A stretch of 64,000 nucleotides of DNA, taken from contig LFSI01000083.1 of assembly GCA_001512545.1 (NCBI GenBank), forward strand, positions 6,759-70,758. Direction: 5' to 3'. Source of the DNA: Clostridia bacterium DTU065. Its GTDB lineage: Bacteria; Bacillota; DTU065. The position numbers and the translations under genes are program-made. The first letter of the stretch is position 1, and every line of letters starts with the position of its first letter. Positions 1 to 9,400 of this stretch are shown here, piece after piece. A model generated the notes under the pieces. It saw only the letters and a program-made list of their open reading frames with translations, was not told the DNA's origin and made no database searches.

Positions 1-3000
1 GCCAGAAGGCAGATGGAATTAAACCCGCTCCTAAAAAGCAGACTATCTAAAGCACCTCTCACGACAATATCAACCATCCACGGCTTTTGTGCTAACTTGA
101 TCAGAAGATATGCCCTCAAGATCGGTTATGTACCCGAGTTTGCCATTCTCGACCAAGACGATGCATCGAGACTCCTCATCAAAGCTATCTCCGAGGTTTT
201 AGAAGAAAACGAGAATGCCGACGATCGCATCTTCATCCGCTTCAAAGCCAGGTCGTACTCTTTGAAGGAGAACCTAGAAGCTGCATACAACAAAATTCGC
301 GAGTTCGGCTATACCGTTAGTGAAGCCCTGGAGATTTCCTTAAAGAGCTTGGAATGGGCAGAAGAACAGGCGAAAAAGAACCTAGAAGCGTTCAATGAAA
401 TCATGAAGTATGCCTACAGCAAACACAACATCGCCGATAAGAGAACGCGCTTTGTTAAAGAGTTGCTGCCGAAATGGCCCGAGGTGGAACCTGTTTTCCG
501 CAGGCTCGAATCACAGGAAGAGCTGACCGCAGAGGGAAAAAAGGCTATCGTCGACTACTTAGCGAGCTTCAAAGGCATCACTTCAGTGTCTGCCACATTT
601 GATGAGTATAAAGACGTTATCCTCAAGGGTGCACAGACCATTCCCTTCCTGTTTACCGTAGCGGATCAGAGGGAGGTTGTGGAGAAGTTTGCCAGTCTCT
701 TGGAGCAAATCGACGCTCGCTACACCAAACTGAAGCAGGAGGCAGCCAGTTTGGACTTCACCGATCTGCAGCTGAAGGCTTTAGAGATCCTAAAGCATCC
801 CGATGTCAAAGAACAGCTGCAGAAAGAGTACCGCTACATCATGATCGACGAGTACCAGGACACCAACTACCTCCAGCAGCAGATCGTAGATGAGATTTGG
901 CAGGAGGGTGTGAACCTGTTTATTGTTGGGGATCCCAAACAGTCCATCTACCGCTTTCGCGGCGCAGAAGTTGCCCTTTTTGAGGATACCAGCTCAAGGA
1001 TCCGGAAAAAAGGCGGCGAAAATGTCACGCTGACTTTTAACTTCCGCTCCAACAAAACCCTGATCGATTTTTACAACAGCTTTTTCGCAAACTACATGCC
1101 GGGAGATCCGAGCAAACCCTACGCCATTGGCTATGAAGCCGCACGGAACTTCCATCACAATCCAGATGAAAAAGCTCTGAATATCATCGCTTGTAATTAT
1201 GATGAAAAAGCCGAACCGGAAAAGCTCCCGCCAAAACTGTGGCAGGCAAGGGTTATCTCCCGTCTGATCAAAGAGGCTGTGGAAAGTGGAGAGGCAGAGT
1301 ACCGTGACTTTGCGGTGCTGTTTTCTAAAAGAAGTAGCGGTCTTTCCGAGCTGGAGGAGGAGTTTGCTAGATTCGGCATACCGTTTACTTCAGGCCTCAG
1401 CCAGAACTTTTTCCAAAGAGAAGAGATCAGGGAATGTCTGTCCTTAATCGAGTTTTTAAACAACCCCACAGACGATCTGAGCCTTGCAGCCTGCCTTAAA
1501 GGACCGTTCTTCTCAATTAGCGACGAAGAGATCTACCGCATTATGGCTCTGAAAAAAGAACTGCAATGCAGCAGTCTTTACGCAGCGATTCTGGGATGCG
1601 GCGGAGCCGGTTTCTACGTGCAGAAAGAGCGGCAGAGGTTTGGCATTCAGCAGACAGCTGGGAACAATCTCCAGGATTTAGCGGAGCATCTTGCTGAACT
1701 CTGCACTTATTATGGCTACATGAGCCTTTCAGATATTCTCCACGAAGCGATCAAGAAAACCCAGTTCAACCTGATCCTCCTGGCCCAAACTATGGGAAGG
1801 GAGAGATTGGCCAATGTGGAAAAGCTTTTGGAGATTATCTCCCAGGAGGTACAAAAAGGCAGATCCAACAACGAAATCGTGGAGGTACTGAGAATACAGC
1901 AGGAAAAAGCCGTTCCCGACGCTCAGGTTGTGCTGGAAGACCAAAACCGCGTTGCGGTGATGACCATTCACGGAGCTAAAGGTTTGGAATTTAAACACGT
2001 AATTGTTGCGGGTTTGACGGATTTTGAAGGGCGGTCTGGAAACTCTGCCCATTTCGACTTTCACAAAGAAATGGGCCTGATGGTTTCGCTACCCAGTCCG
2101 CTTCCCGAACTCGGAGTATCGGTCCCCTGTGCCGACCCCAGGTACTTCAGCTACCTCGAAAAAGAAAAAGACGAGGAGTCCTATGAAGACCAAAGACTTC
2201 TGTATGTTGCTTTTACCAGAGCCAGAGAAAGGCTGCATTTGGTCTTTGCAGGCAAAATAATCACCAAAAAGGGTGAGTATGCCAATGGCATTGTTAAAAT
2301 GTTTGACTGGAATTTTTTGGCCCAGAAAGTGTGGTTTAAAGACCTAGAGCTGAGCTTTCCCGAATACGAATATGCGAACTTTGACGCCAAGCGAAAGGTG
2401 TTACTGCCGGAAGTGAAGATCGCCGAAGCCCATCTAAGGCCCCGATACCGCGCCCTTTCACCGTCTGCTCTGGTTCAGTTTGACATGTGTCCACGCTTGT
2501 TTTACCTTGAGCAGAGGCTGAAGGTTCCCAGCCGCGAGCTCATTGCTTCGACGGATTTCACTCAGCTCGAATTGGACTTCTCATATGAAGACGAGCTCCC
2601 TCCGGCAGAAGGGACTCCGGACAAAGCAACCATTGGCACCATCTTCCACGAGATCTTCGCCTCGGCAGAGAACTTAGAAGAAGCTCTGGAGTTTTTGCGT
2701 GAAAGCGGCTACGATAACCTTGAGGAAAACTACATCACCATCCTGGAGAACTTCTTTAGGTCCAGGTTTTTCCAAAGTAAGGGCGAATCAGAAGTACCAC
2801 TTTCGTGGTACTTGCCCGAGAAGAACCTGCGCCTAATCGGCTTTGCCGACAAAGTCATTGTGGAGCCGGAGCTTGTTACAGTAGTGGATTTTAAAACCCA
2901 AACCCAAGGTGATTTTCCGAAGATCGCCCAAGGCTACGAGATGCAGCTTACGGTCTATGCTAAAGCGTTAGAAGCAAGCCTCAAACGGCCGGTTCGGGCT

Positions 3001-3174
3001 TATATCTATTTCCCGTACCCCGATTTGGAACACGAGATCGATACGCGAGCAGCGCAAAGCAGGCTCGATGCGGTTTTAGATGAGATAAACAAGGTTCTTG
3101 ACGAAAGGAGTCTTCCAGAACCTGGAAATAACTGCGCGGCCAACTGCCGCTACTATTCACTTTGCAGGGGTTAA
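1..3174 (+). CDS. UvrD/AddA-type ATP-dependent helicase-nuclease, 5' end outside window
   Basis: Frame is open to position 1 and no Walker A is present, so the start lies upstream. UvrD-family motifs TIHGFC, IMIDEYQDTN (II), VGDPKQSIYRFRGA (III), MTIHGAKGLEFKHV, LLYVAFTRARERL (VI). C-terminal RecB/Cas4-type nuclease (ADKVIV...VVDFKT, QLTVY) with 4 Cys (MCPRLFY ... CAANCRYYSLC). Confidence 0.8.
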   Translation, partial: ARRQMELNPLLKSRLSKAPLTTISTIHGFCANLIRRYALKIGYVPEFAILDQDDASRLLIKAISEVLEENENADDRIFIRFKARSYSLKENLEAAYNKIREFGYTVSEALEISLKSLEWAEEQAKKNLEAFNEIMKYAYSKHNIADKRTRFVKELLPKWPEVEPVFRRLESQEELTAEGKKAIVDYLASFKGITSVSATFDEYKDVILKGAQTIPFLFTVADQREVVEKFASLLEQIDARYTKLKQEAASLDFTDLQLKALEILKHPDVKEQLQKEYRYIMIDEYQDTNYLQQQIVDEIWQEGVNLFIVGDPKQSIYRFRGAEVALFEDTSSRIRKKGGENVTLTFNFRSNKTLIDFYNSFFANYMPGDPSKPYAIGYEAARNFHHNPDEKALNIIACNYDEKAEPEKLPPKLWQARVISRLIKEAVESGEAEYRDFAVLFSKRSSGLSELEEEFARFGIPFTSGLSQNFFQREEIRECLSLIEFLNNPTDDLSLAACLKGPFFSISDEEIYRIMALKKELQCSSLYAAILGCGGAGFYVQKERQRFGIQQTAGNNLQDLAEHLAELCTYYGYMSLSDILHEAIKKTQFNLILLAQTMGRERLANVEKLLEIISQEVQKGRSNNEIVEVLRIQQEKAVPDAQVVLEDQNRVAVMTIHGAKGLEFKHVIVAGLTDFEGRSGNSAHFDFHKEMGLMVSLPSPLPELGVSVPCADPRYFSYLEKEKDEESYEDQRLLYVAFTRARERLHLVFAGKIITKKGEYANGIVKMFDWNFLAQKVWFKDLELSFPEYEYANFDAKRKVLLPEVKIAEAHLRPRYRALSPSALVQFDMCPRLFYLEQRLKVPSRELIASTDFTQLELDFSYEDELPPAEGTPDKATIGTIFHEIFASAENLEEALEFLRESGYDNLEENYITILENFFRSRFFQSKGESEVPLSWYLPEKNLRLIGFADKVIVEPELVTVVDFKTQTQGDFPKIAQGYEMQLTVYAKALEASLKRPVRAYIYFPYPDLEHEIDTRAAQSRLDAVLDEINKVLDERSLPEPGNNCAANCRYYSLCRG

Positions 3175-3189
3175 AAGGAGGAGTTAAAA

Positions 3190-4212
3190 ATGTCGGAGAA
3201 AACCATGCGTGGTGTGTATTTTTCAGGAGAAACCAAGGAAGTTGTAATCAAAGACTATCCCATTCCCCAAATCGGTCCGGCACAGGCTTTAGTCAAGGTG
3301 GAGTGTTCGCTAATTTCGGCAGGCACAGAAACCTTCATGATCGATAGCGCTGCAAAGGACGGCAGAAACCTCACCAACTTGGGCTACCAAGCGGTAGGAT
3401 CAATTGTGGAGAAGGGACCTGAGGTACCCTACGATGTAGGTACAAGAGTGGCAGTGTACGGTGGCCCTTACGTTGCCCACCACGAGTATCTGGCGGTACC
3501 GAGAAATCTCATGGTTCCCCTAAAACCGGAGACGGTCTCTGAAGAAGCAGCGTTTGTGGGCCTTGGTGCCATAAGCATCCACGGGCTGAGAGCGGCAAAG
3601 TTGGAGTTTGGCGAAAGCTGCTGGGTGATCGGACTTGGAACCATCGGTCAGCTCACCGCACAGATCGCTGTCAATGCCGGATATCAGGTGATTGCCACCG
3701 ACTTCGATGAAAAGAAGATCGAGCTGGCAAAAAAGGCCGGTGTGGACTTGGCAGGCCACGCTAAAGAGATCGGCGCCGATGCCATCAAGAGTTTTTTGGG
3801 TCAGGGCGTCGATGCAGTGGTGATGACCGCAGGCAGCAGCTCCGAAAGCCTCGTAAACGAGACGCTTAAAGCGCTCAGACCTGGCGGAAGGTACATTATG
3901 GTCGGCGTATCTCCTCTCAACATCAACAGGGAGATCATGTTCCAGCTAGAAAGTGAAGTTATGGTAACAAGGGCAGGCGGTCCGGGCCGGTACGATCGCC
4001 AGTACGAGCTGCACGGGACCGACTATCCGCTGCAGTACGTTCGCTGGACTGAAGGAAGGAATATGCAGGAGTTCATCAGGCTCTTGGAAAAGGGGAGAAT
4101 CAGCACCAAGGAACTGATTACCCACAGATATCACTTCGAAGATGCCGCAAAGGCCTACGAGATGATCCAAAGCGGCAAGGAAGAGTATATCGGAGTCATA
4201 CTGACATATTGA
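3190..4212 (+). CDS. medium-chain dehydrogenase/reductase (zinc-type alcohol dehydrogenase-like) oxidoreductase
   Basis: 340 aa. GroES-like N-terminus followed by a Rossmann GxGxxG (VIGLGTIGQL). aaaggagg SD 7-8 nt upstream of the ATG. Confidence 0.7.
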   Translation: MSEKTMRGVYFSGETKEVVIKDYPIPQIGPAQALVKVECSLISAGTETFMIDSAAKDGRNLTNLGYQAVGSIVEKGPEVPYDVGTRVAVYGGPYVAHHEYLAVPRNLMVPLKPETVSEEAAFVGLGAISIHGLRAAKLEFGESCWVIGLGTIGQLTAQIAVNAGYQVIATDFDEKKIELAKKAGVDLAGHAKEIGADAIKSFLGQGVDAVVMTAGSSSESLVNETLKALRPGGRYIMVGVSPLNINREIMFQLESEVMVTRAGGPGRYDRQYELHGTDYPLQYVRWTEGRNMQEFIRLLEKGRISTKELITHRYHFEDAAKAYEMIQSGKEEYIGVILTY

Positions 4213-4246
4213 TGTAATGACTGAATTAAAGGAATGAGGGTTCTTT

Positions 4247-4684
4247 ATGGAAAAAGGTGCAAGGAAAATCGTGAGAACACCCAAAACTCCTGGAAAGATC
4301 AGCGTTGGTGATAAAGCAGAGGTTATCATGGGAACCGATGTCTACAACTATCTCATGGAGAGTACAGACGGCGTGCCGGTAGGTAAAGATCTACACCCAA
4401 TGACCACCTTCCCATGTGGCCTTGCCATCGACGCTGCAACGGAAGCCACTTCCTACGATCTTACTGGAGTAGGCACGTTGAAAGCCATGAGCTTCGACCT
4501 GGAAAACCCCATTCAGCCCGAAGGCGAGCTAGTGGGCAGTGCCGAGGTAGTTCTGATCGGGCGTAGGCATGTTGAGGTAGCCGTGGAAGTGGTGCAAAAC
4601 CAAAGGGTGATTCTTAACGGCCGGGTGATAATGGTTAAGGTCAGAGACGGCCGAGCCCAGGAGCTAGGCGACCTGGTCGGTTAG
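4247..4684 (+). CDS. hypothetical protein, possibly hotdog-fold
   Basis: 145-aa ORF with a good coding look. The C-terminal strand pattern (GSAEVVLIGRRHVEVAVEVV...GRVIMVKV) resembles hotdog-fold thioesterases, but only weakly. Confidence 0.35.
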   Translation: MEKGARKIVRTPKTPGKISVGDKAEVIMGTDVYNYLMESTDGVPVGKDLHPMTTFPCGLAIDAATEATSYDLTGVGTLKAMSFDLENPIQPEGELVGSAEVVLIGRRHVEVAVEVVQNQRVILNGRVIMVKVRDGRAQELGDLVG

Positions 4685-4713
4685 GTTTTTCCAACGTTAG
4701 AAGAAATAAAGTA

Positions 4714-4742
4714 GCATCAATCGCTACCTCCCGGGCAGAATA
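4714..4742 (+). promoter_or_regulatory. candidate forespore (sigma-G/sigma-F type) promoter of the SASP gene
   Basis: gcatc (4714-4718), 17-nt spacer, cagaata (4736-4742). This approximates the remembered GnATA-17/18-CATnnTA consensus and sits 26 nt upstream of the ATG. Confidence 0.3.
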
Positions 4743-4767
4743 AATGATGCCAGGAGGTGATATCAAG

Positions 4768-5121
4768 ATGGGTGCAGGAAGCAGTTCTTCTAACAACCCT
4801 GTGGTTCTTGGTGCAAAAGCAGCGTTGGACCAGTTCAAGTACGAAGTGGCCAATGAACTTAATATCGACACCACCCAGATTCAAAACGGTTACTGGGGTT
4901 ACATGACATCTCGCGATTGCGGTGCTGTTGGTGGCAACATGGTAAGGCGCATGATTCAGCTTGCTGAAGAGCAGCTCTTGTCGCAGTATCAAAGCGGGAG
5001 AACGCCAAGCGTAGGCACTCCTTACAAACAACAGTTGGCGCAAGACCTTAATCAGTACGCCAACGCAGCAAACAGACAAGGTCCAAACGCTAACCAGATC
5101 ATGAACCAGATAACTAACTAG
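4768..5121 (+). CDS. alpha/beta-type small acid-soluble spore protein with long Q/N-rich C-terminal extension
   Basis: ALDQFKYEVANELNI and TSRDCGAVGGNMVRRMIQLAEEQL match the two conserved SASP alpha/beta blocks. aggagg at 4752-4757 favours ATG 4768 over the ORF-track start 4744. Confidence 0.85.
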   Translation: MGAGSSSSNNPVVLGAKAALDQFKYEVANELNIDTTQIQNGYWGYMTSRDCGAVGGNMVRRMIQLAEEQLLSQYQSGRTPSVGTPYKQQLAQDLNQYANAANRQGPNANQIMNQITN

Positions 5122-5128
5122 AAGCTCC

Positions 5129-5151
5129 AGGCCCCGCAAGGGGCCTTTTTT
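5129..5151 (+). terminator. rho-independent terminator
   Basis: aggcccc-gcaa-ggggcct hairpin followed by a T6 run. Confidence 0.8.
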
Positions 5152-5263
5152 AACGGTCTAAAGGCACAAACTAAAGCAGAGTTCGCAGGGGATAAAGGAT
5201 TAGACCTCTAGAAGTAGAAAATATACTAAGTGATTGCAGGATCATAGAAAAGGGGTGAAAGCT

Positions 5264-5839
5264 GTGCTTAAAAGGCTCCAACTGCTGGGTTTGGTTCTGT
5301 TGCTTGCCGCTTTGGCTTGTGCTTGGACCGATGCAAACATGGTGGTAAACGGAGACATGGCCATGGACTGGGACAAAAACGGTCTTCCCGACTACTGGTC
5401 CATTACCTGGTTGTTTTCAGGCGGACCCAACAAGCCTTCCATGGACCATAATGAGAATATCGACGGAAACGCTAGTCTCAGGCTTGATGTCACTTCTTTA
5501 GATGTGGCCAACAACTTCGCAGGAAGAGTTTATCAGGATATTCCCGTAACGTCCGGAAAGACCTACGAGATCTCCATGTGGGTGAAGGCTAACTGGAAGA
5601 CCGCAGACGGGCAGTCGCCTGCAGGGATCAACATCTCCTACTGGCTTCAGGGGACCAACAAGCAGTGGGGAAATCGCGAGGATCTGACAGATCTTGTGGA
5701 CGGTACCTTCAACTGGAGGGAGATCAAGGCCACCATTACTATTCCCCCAAAAACTCAGGCAATTAGACTGGCTCTTTTTGCCTATAAGGGAACTGGTACT
5801 ATCTGGATAGACAGCATAAAGATGGTCGAAGTGAAGTGA
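5264..5839 (+). CDS. secreted carbohydrate-binding-module-like (CBM4_9 / jelly-roll) protein
   Basis: Signal peptide LKRLQLLGLVLLLAALACAW. The pattern NGDM..W....W, SLRLDV, GKTYEISMWVKA, IWIDSIKM is typical of CBM4_9-like domains. The GTG 5264 start is preferred because aaagggg lies upstream; the ORF track starts at 5234. Confidence 0.5.
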   Translation: MLKRLQLLGLVLLLAALACAWTDANMVVNGDMAMDWDKNGLPDYWSITWLFSGGPNKPSMDHNENIDGNASLRLDVTSLDVANNFAGRVYQDIPVTSGKTYEISMWVKANWKTADGQSPAGINISYWLQGTNKQWGNREDLTDLVDGTFNWREIKATITIPPKTQAIRLALFAYKGTGTIWIDSIKMVEVK

Positions 5840-5857
5840 GCCTAGTGCTCACTTTTT
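5836..5857 (+). terminator. rho-independent terminator
   Basis: gtgagc-ctagt-gctcac hairpin plus T5, overlapping the stop codon. Confidence 0.6.
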
Positions 5858-5887
5858 ACAAATACGCAAAGAGCGGGAGATAAAAAC

Positions 5888-6421
5888 ATGCGTCTGTTTT
5901 TAGCTGTCAAAGTTGCACCGGATGTTTGCCGGGAGCTTTCTAGTTGGGCAGATGAGGTGAGTCTGCCCGGAAAGAGAGTGGCTCCGGAAAACCTTCATTT
6001 CACTTTAAACTTCCTGGGCGAAGGCGACCTGGACCAAGTTGCAAGCCGCCTTCACGGAGCTTTTGCTGGGATGGAACCTTTTTCTGTGAGCCTGAAAGGT
6101 CTTGGGGCCTTCTTCAGCAGGGGTGCTCCGAGGGTAATCTTTGTCAAGGTGGACAGAGGCTACAACGAGCTGATCGCTCTGGAGAAGGTCATTTCCGGGA
6201 AGCTTCCGGAGTTCAGAAAGGACAAGCCGTTTATCCCTCACCTCACTGTAAGCCGGCTCAAGGAAGGCTCCGGTGCCAAAGAAGAGGTGGAAAAGCTCAT
6301 TGAAACTTACAAAAAGCGGGATTTCGGCAGCTTTGAGGTGGATAGGGTGATTTTGTTTTCAAGCAACCTGCAGCCTGCAGGGCCGGTCTATACAGTCCAA
6401 GCCCAATGGCAGCTCGGTTGA
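5888..6421 (+). CDS. thpR: RNA 2',3'-cyclic phosphodiesterase (2H phosphoesterase, LigT/ThpR)
   Basis: 177 aa with the two HxT/S motifs of the 2H family (HFTLNFLG and HLTVSRL). Confidence 0.85.
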   Translation: MRLFLAVKVAPDVCRELSSWADEVSLPGKRVAPENLHFTLNFLGEGDLDQVASRLHGAFAGMEPFSVSLKGLGAFFSRGAPRVIFVKVDRGYNELIALEKVISGKLPEFRKDKPFIPHLTVSRLKEGSGAKEEVEKLIETYKKRDFGSFEVDRVILFSSNLQPAGPVYTVQAQWQLG

Positions 6422-6482
6422 TTGAGATAAAGCAATGTGGTACACTAAAAGAGAACAAGTGTTCGCTAAAGGAGGTTAGTGA

Positions 6483-9400
6483 ATGTCGGAAGTTGACAAG
6501 GCTAAAGAAAAGGCTTTGCAAAGTGCCATCACAGCAATAGAGAAGGATTTCGGCAAAGGCTCGATCATGCGCCTAGGCGAAAACACCGCGATGGATGTAG
6601 AGACCATTCCTACAGGTGCGCTGTCTTTGGACCTGGCACTTGGGGTTGGCGGTCTACCTAGAGGCAGAGTAGTTGAGATCTACGGTCCCGAAAGCTCGGG
6701 AAAAACCACAGTGGCACTGCATGCCATCGCCGAGGCCCAGAAGCTAGGTGGAGTTGCAGCGTTTATTGATGCCGAACACGGTACGACTTGTTGCTAGATC
6801 AAACCCAGCGGCGCTGATCAAAGTCTAGCGGGATCTTTGGTCCTAACTGCATCTTCGAAATGGCTGGGGAAGTGCCAGCCCTGTGACAAGGTTGGGTCAC
6901 ACGCTCTAATACCCCGACGTGCGGCAGTATTTCACTGTGCTGCTGTGCGAAGTTCGGAGAGGTCGGCGAAAATCAGACCTGGAAAGCGGTTAGAGAAGTA
7001 GCCGGGAGTCCATAAAGCTCCTATGACTAAGAACATGAATCCTCGTTGTAAAAGCTCGAAAGGCATCGCAGGTGCGAACAATAAGCCCTGCTCCTTCTTG
7101 TGAGGTTCAGCCTCAGCTGCGTTAAGCGTGTTTAAAGCAGTTGAATTAAACCGTCATAGGTTTTCTGTCTTTGGGCCATCCAACCGTGGGCGCAAAGACG
7201 GCTGACGGGCTAGAGAGGAAGTCTAAGGGAGCCATGCAAGGATAGAAGATGCGGTACAAGTGAACCCCGTCAGAAACTGCTAAGGAGAGTGAACTCCGAT
7301 GGTTCTAAGCAGGAGGAAATGCCTGCTGAAGATGGGGGGCAGCAGCCTGTAGTAGCGATGAAGGGCAGCCGGATGACGGTCCCGGAAACGGGATCGGAGG
7401 GAAAAACTGCCACGAGCGAAGGGGCATAGTCGAAGTAGCTTTTGGTGCTACTTCGATGGAACGCCGCATGCGGGGAAACTCGCACGTGCGGTGTGAAGTG
7501 GGGGAAAAGCGCTTCCTGCGTCCGTAAAACGAACATAGACGCGGAGTGACGCTTACCTATCACTATCATTGAATCCATCCTACGCTAAGAATCTCGGCGT
7601 GGATATCGACAACCTGCTCGTATCTCAGCCGGACACAGGAGAACAAGGTGCGACACGTTTTCGCATAACTGCTCTGTAGCAGGAAAGCGAAGGCAAAGGA
7701 TCGGCCAACTCTTAACCAGATTTGAAAGGTGAAACTCCTTTCCTTAAACCAGGTCCGGGTTTAAGTGTCTAAACCCCTACGTGCAGCGCTTCCTATCGCC
7801 AGGGAGGTTGTGCGAAGCTAGGTAAGGTCGTAATCCGAGTAGCCTAAGGCCAAACGGCTAAGGCGAAAGTGATGCGGGACTCCTTAAAAACGAATCTATG
7901 GTGACGCAGAGGAACCCTCGCCTGAAGCTCAGACAGCTTGTCCGAAAGGCAAGCTCCAGATCAAAAGCTGCGTCTTGTTTGCGGCTTTTGCTTTAACAGA
8001 TAGCTGTTACTGCCTTTAGTGAGTGCGGACCCAATTCACATAAAGGATTTGGCTGAGTAGAGAGGGCACCTAAGGATTCGTAAAACAAGGGATATGGTTA
8101 AGGGAACGTGTGAGGCCCGATAGACGGAGAAGGCGAGGTCAATGAAGTCTATCTGGGAGTCAGCCGTCTCATAGTAGTGATGAATGCCGGGAAACCAGCA
8201 GGAGCGAAGGGGACGAGTCGAAAGGGACGGTACTTATGTCTTTAGTTTACGTCGTCTCATTTAGCCCTTTCGATGGAACGCCGCATGCGGGGAAACCTGC
8301 ACGTGCGGTGTGGAGTGGGGGAAAACGCGGAGCAGAGGCAAAGCGTTACCTATCACTATCACTTGAGATTACAGAGGCTTTGGTACGAAGCGGTGCAGTG
8401 GATATTGTGGTTATCGACTCGGTTGCAGCACTGGTTCCTAGAGCAGAGATCGAAGGCGAGATGGGCGATGCCCACGTCGGCCTGCAAGCACGATTAATGT
8501 CTCAAGCTCTGAGGAAGCTAACAGGCGTAATTGGCAAGACCAAATGCTTGGTTATTTTCATCAACCAGATTCGCGAAAAAGTTGGAGTCATGTTTGGCAA
8601 CCCGGAGGTGCGCTTTGAAGCTTCTCTTTTGTAGAGGCGCCGGGAGTTTCGGTGCCGAAGGCCATGCCCACATGCGAAGCTGCATGAAGCTGGGCGGGAA
8701 TGTGGCGAAAGCTGCTAGCCTCTGATGGACACGGCTACGCGAGGAACCGCTGTTTGAGGTCCGTTGAATGCCAAAAACTTCCCGTTTTCAAGATCTACCC
8801 TCCGGTGTGATCTTGGATGCCCCAAAAGGGCAAGGGACGGACATAGGCGGAGCCTAAATCCATCGTAGAAAGAGCAAAAGAGGGGAACAAAGGAACCTTC
8901 TGCAAGAGCAGAAGGGGCGGAGTTTCCGTAGTAGCAGATAACTGCGAAGGGAAACAGACCGGTCACTCGCAAATAGTAAGGAGGAGATTAAGTGACCTTA
9001 CGAAAGCAGGAGTGGAGGAGCCTGGCAGATGCAGGCAGACTTTACGAAACCATGGCAAGCTTTGAGTTCCTACAAAAATGTGCTAAAGCTCTCAAAATAA
9101 ACGAAAAAACTGCAGCAACTCTTTCTGAGGCGCTGCAGCAAAGGACCTACCGCCCCTTAGGCGGGAACGAAGTAGACACTCTGCTTTTGAAATGTGTCTT
9201 GGACGCGCTTTCAGCGTTGATTAAAGAGGACTCGGGACTGGATCTGTACAGAACTCTAAGGACTCTGGATTTAGCTACCGTACAGATCCAGGTGGAAAAG
9301 CTAGACTTTGCCTGCCTGAAAAAAGAGCTGTTCAAGCTCTTGAAAGAGGCAGTGCCCGACGAAGAATTTGTAGACCTGGTTTGGAAAGGAGCGAAGATCG

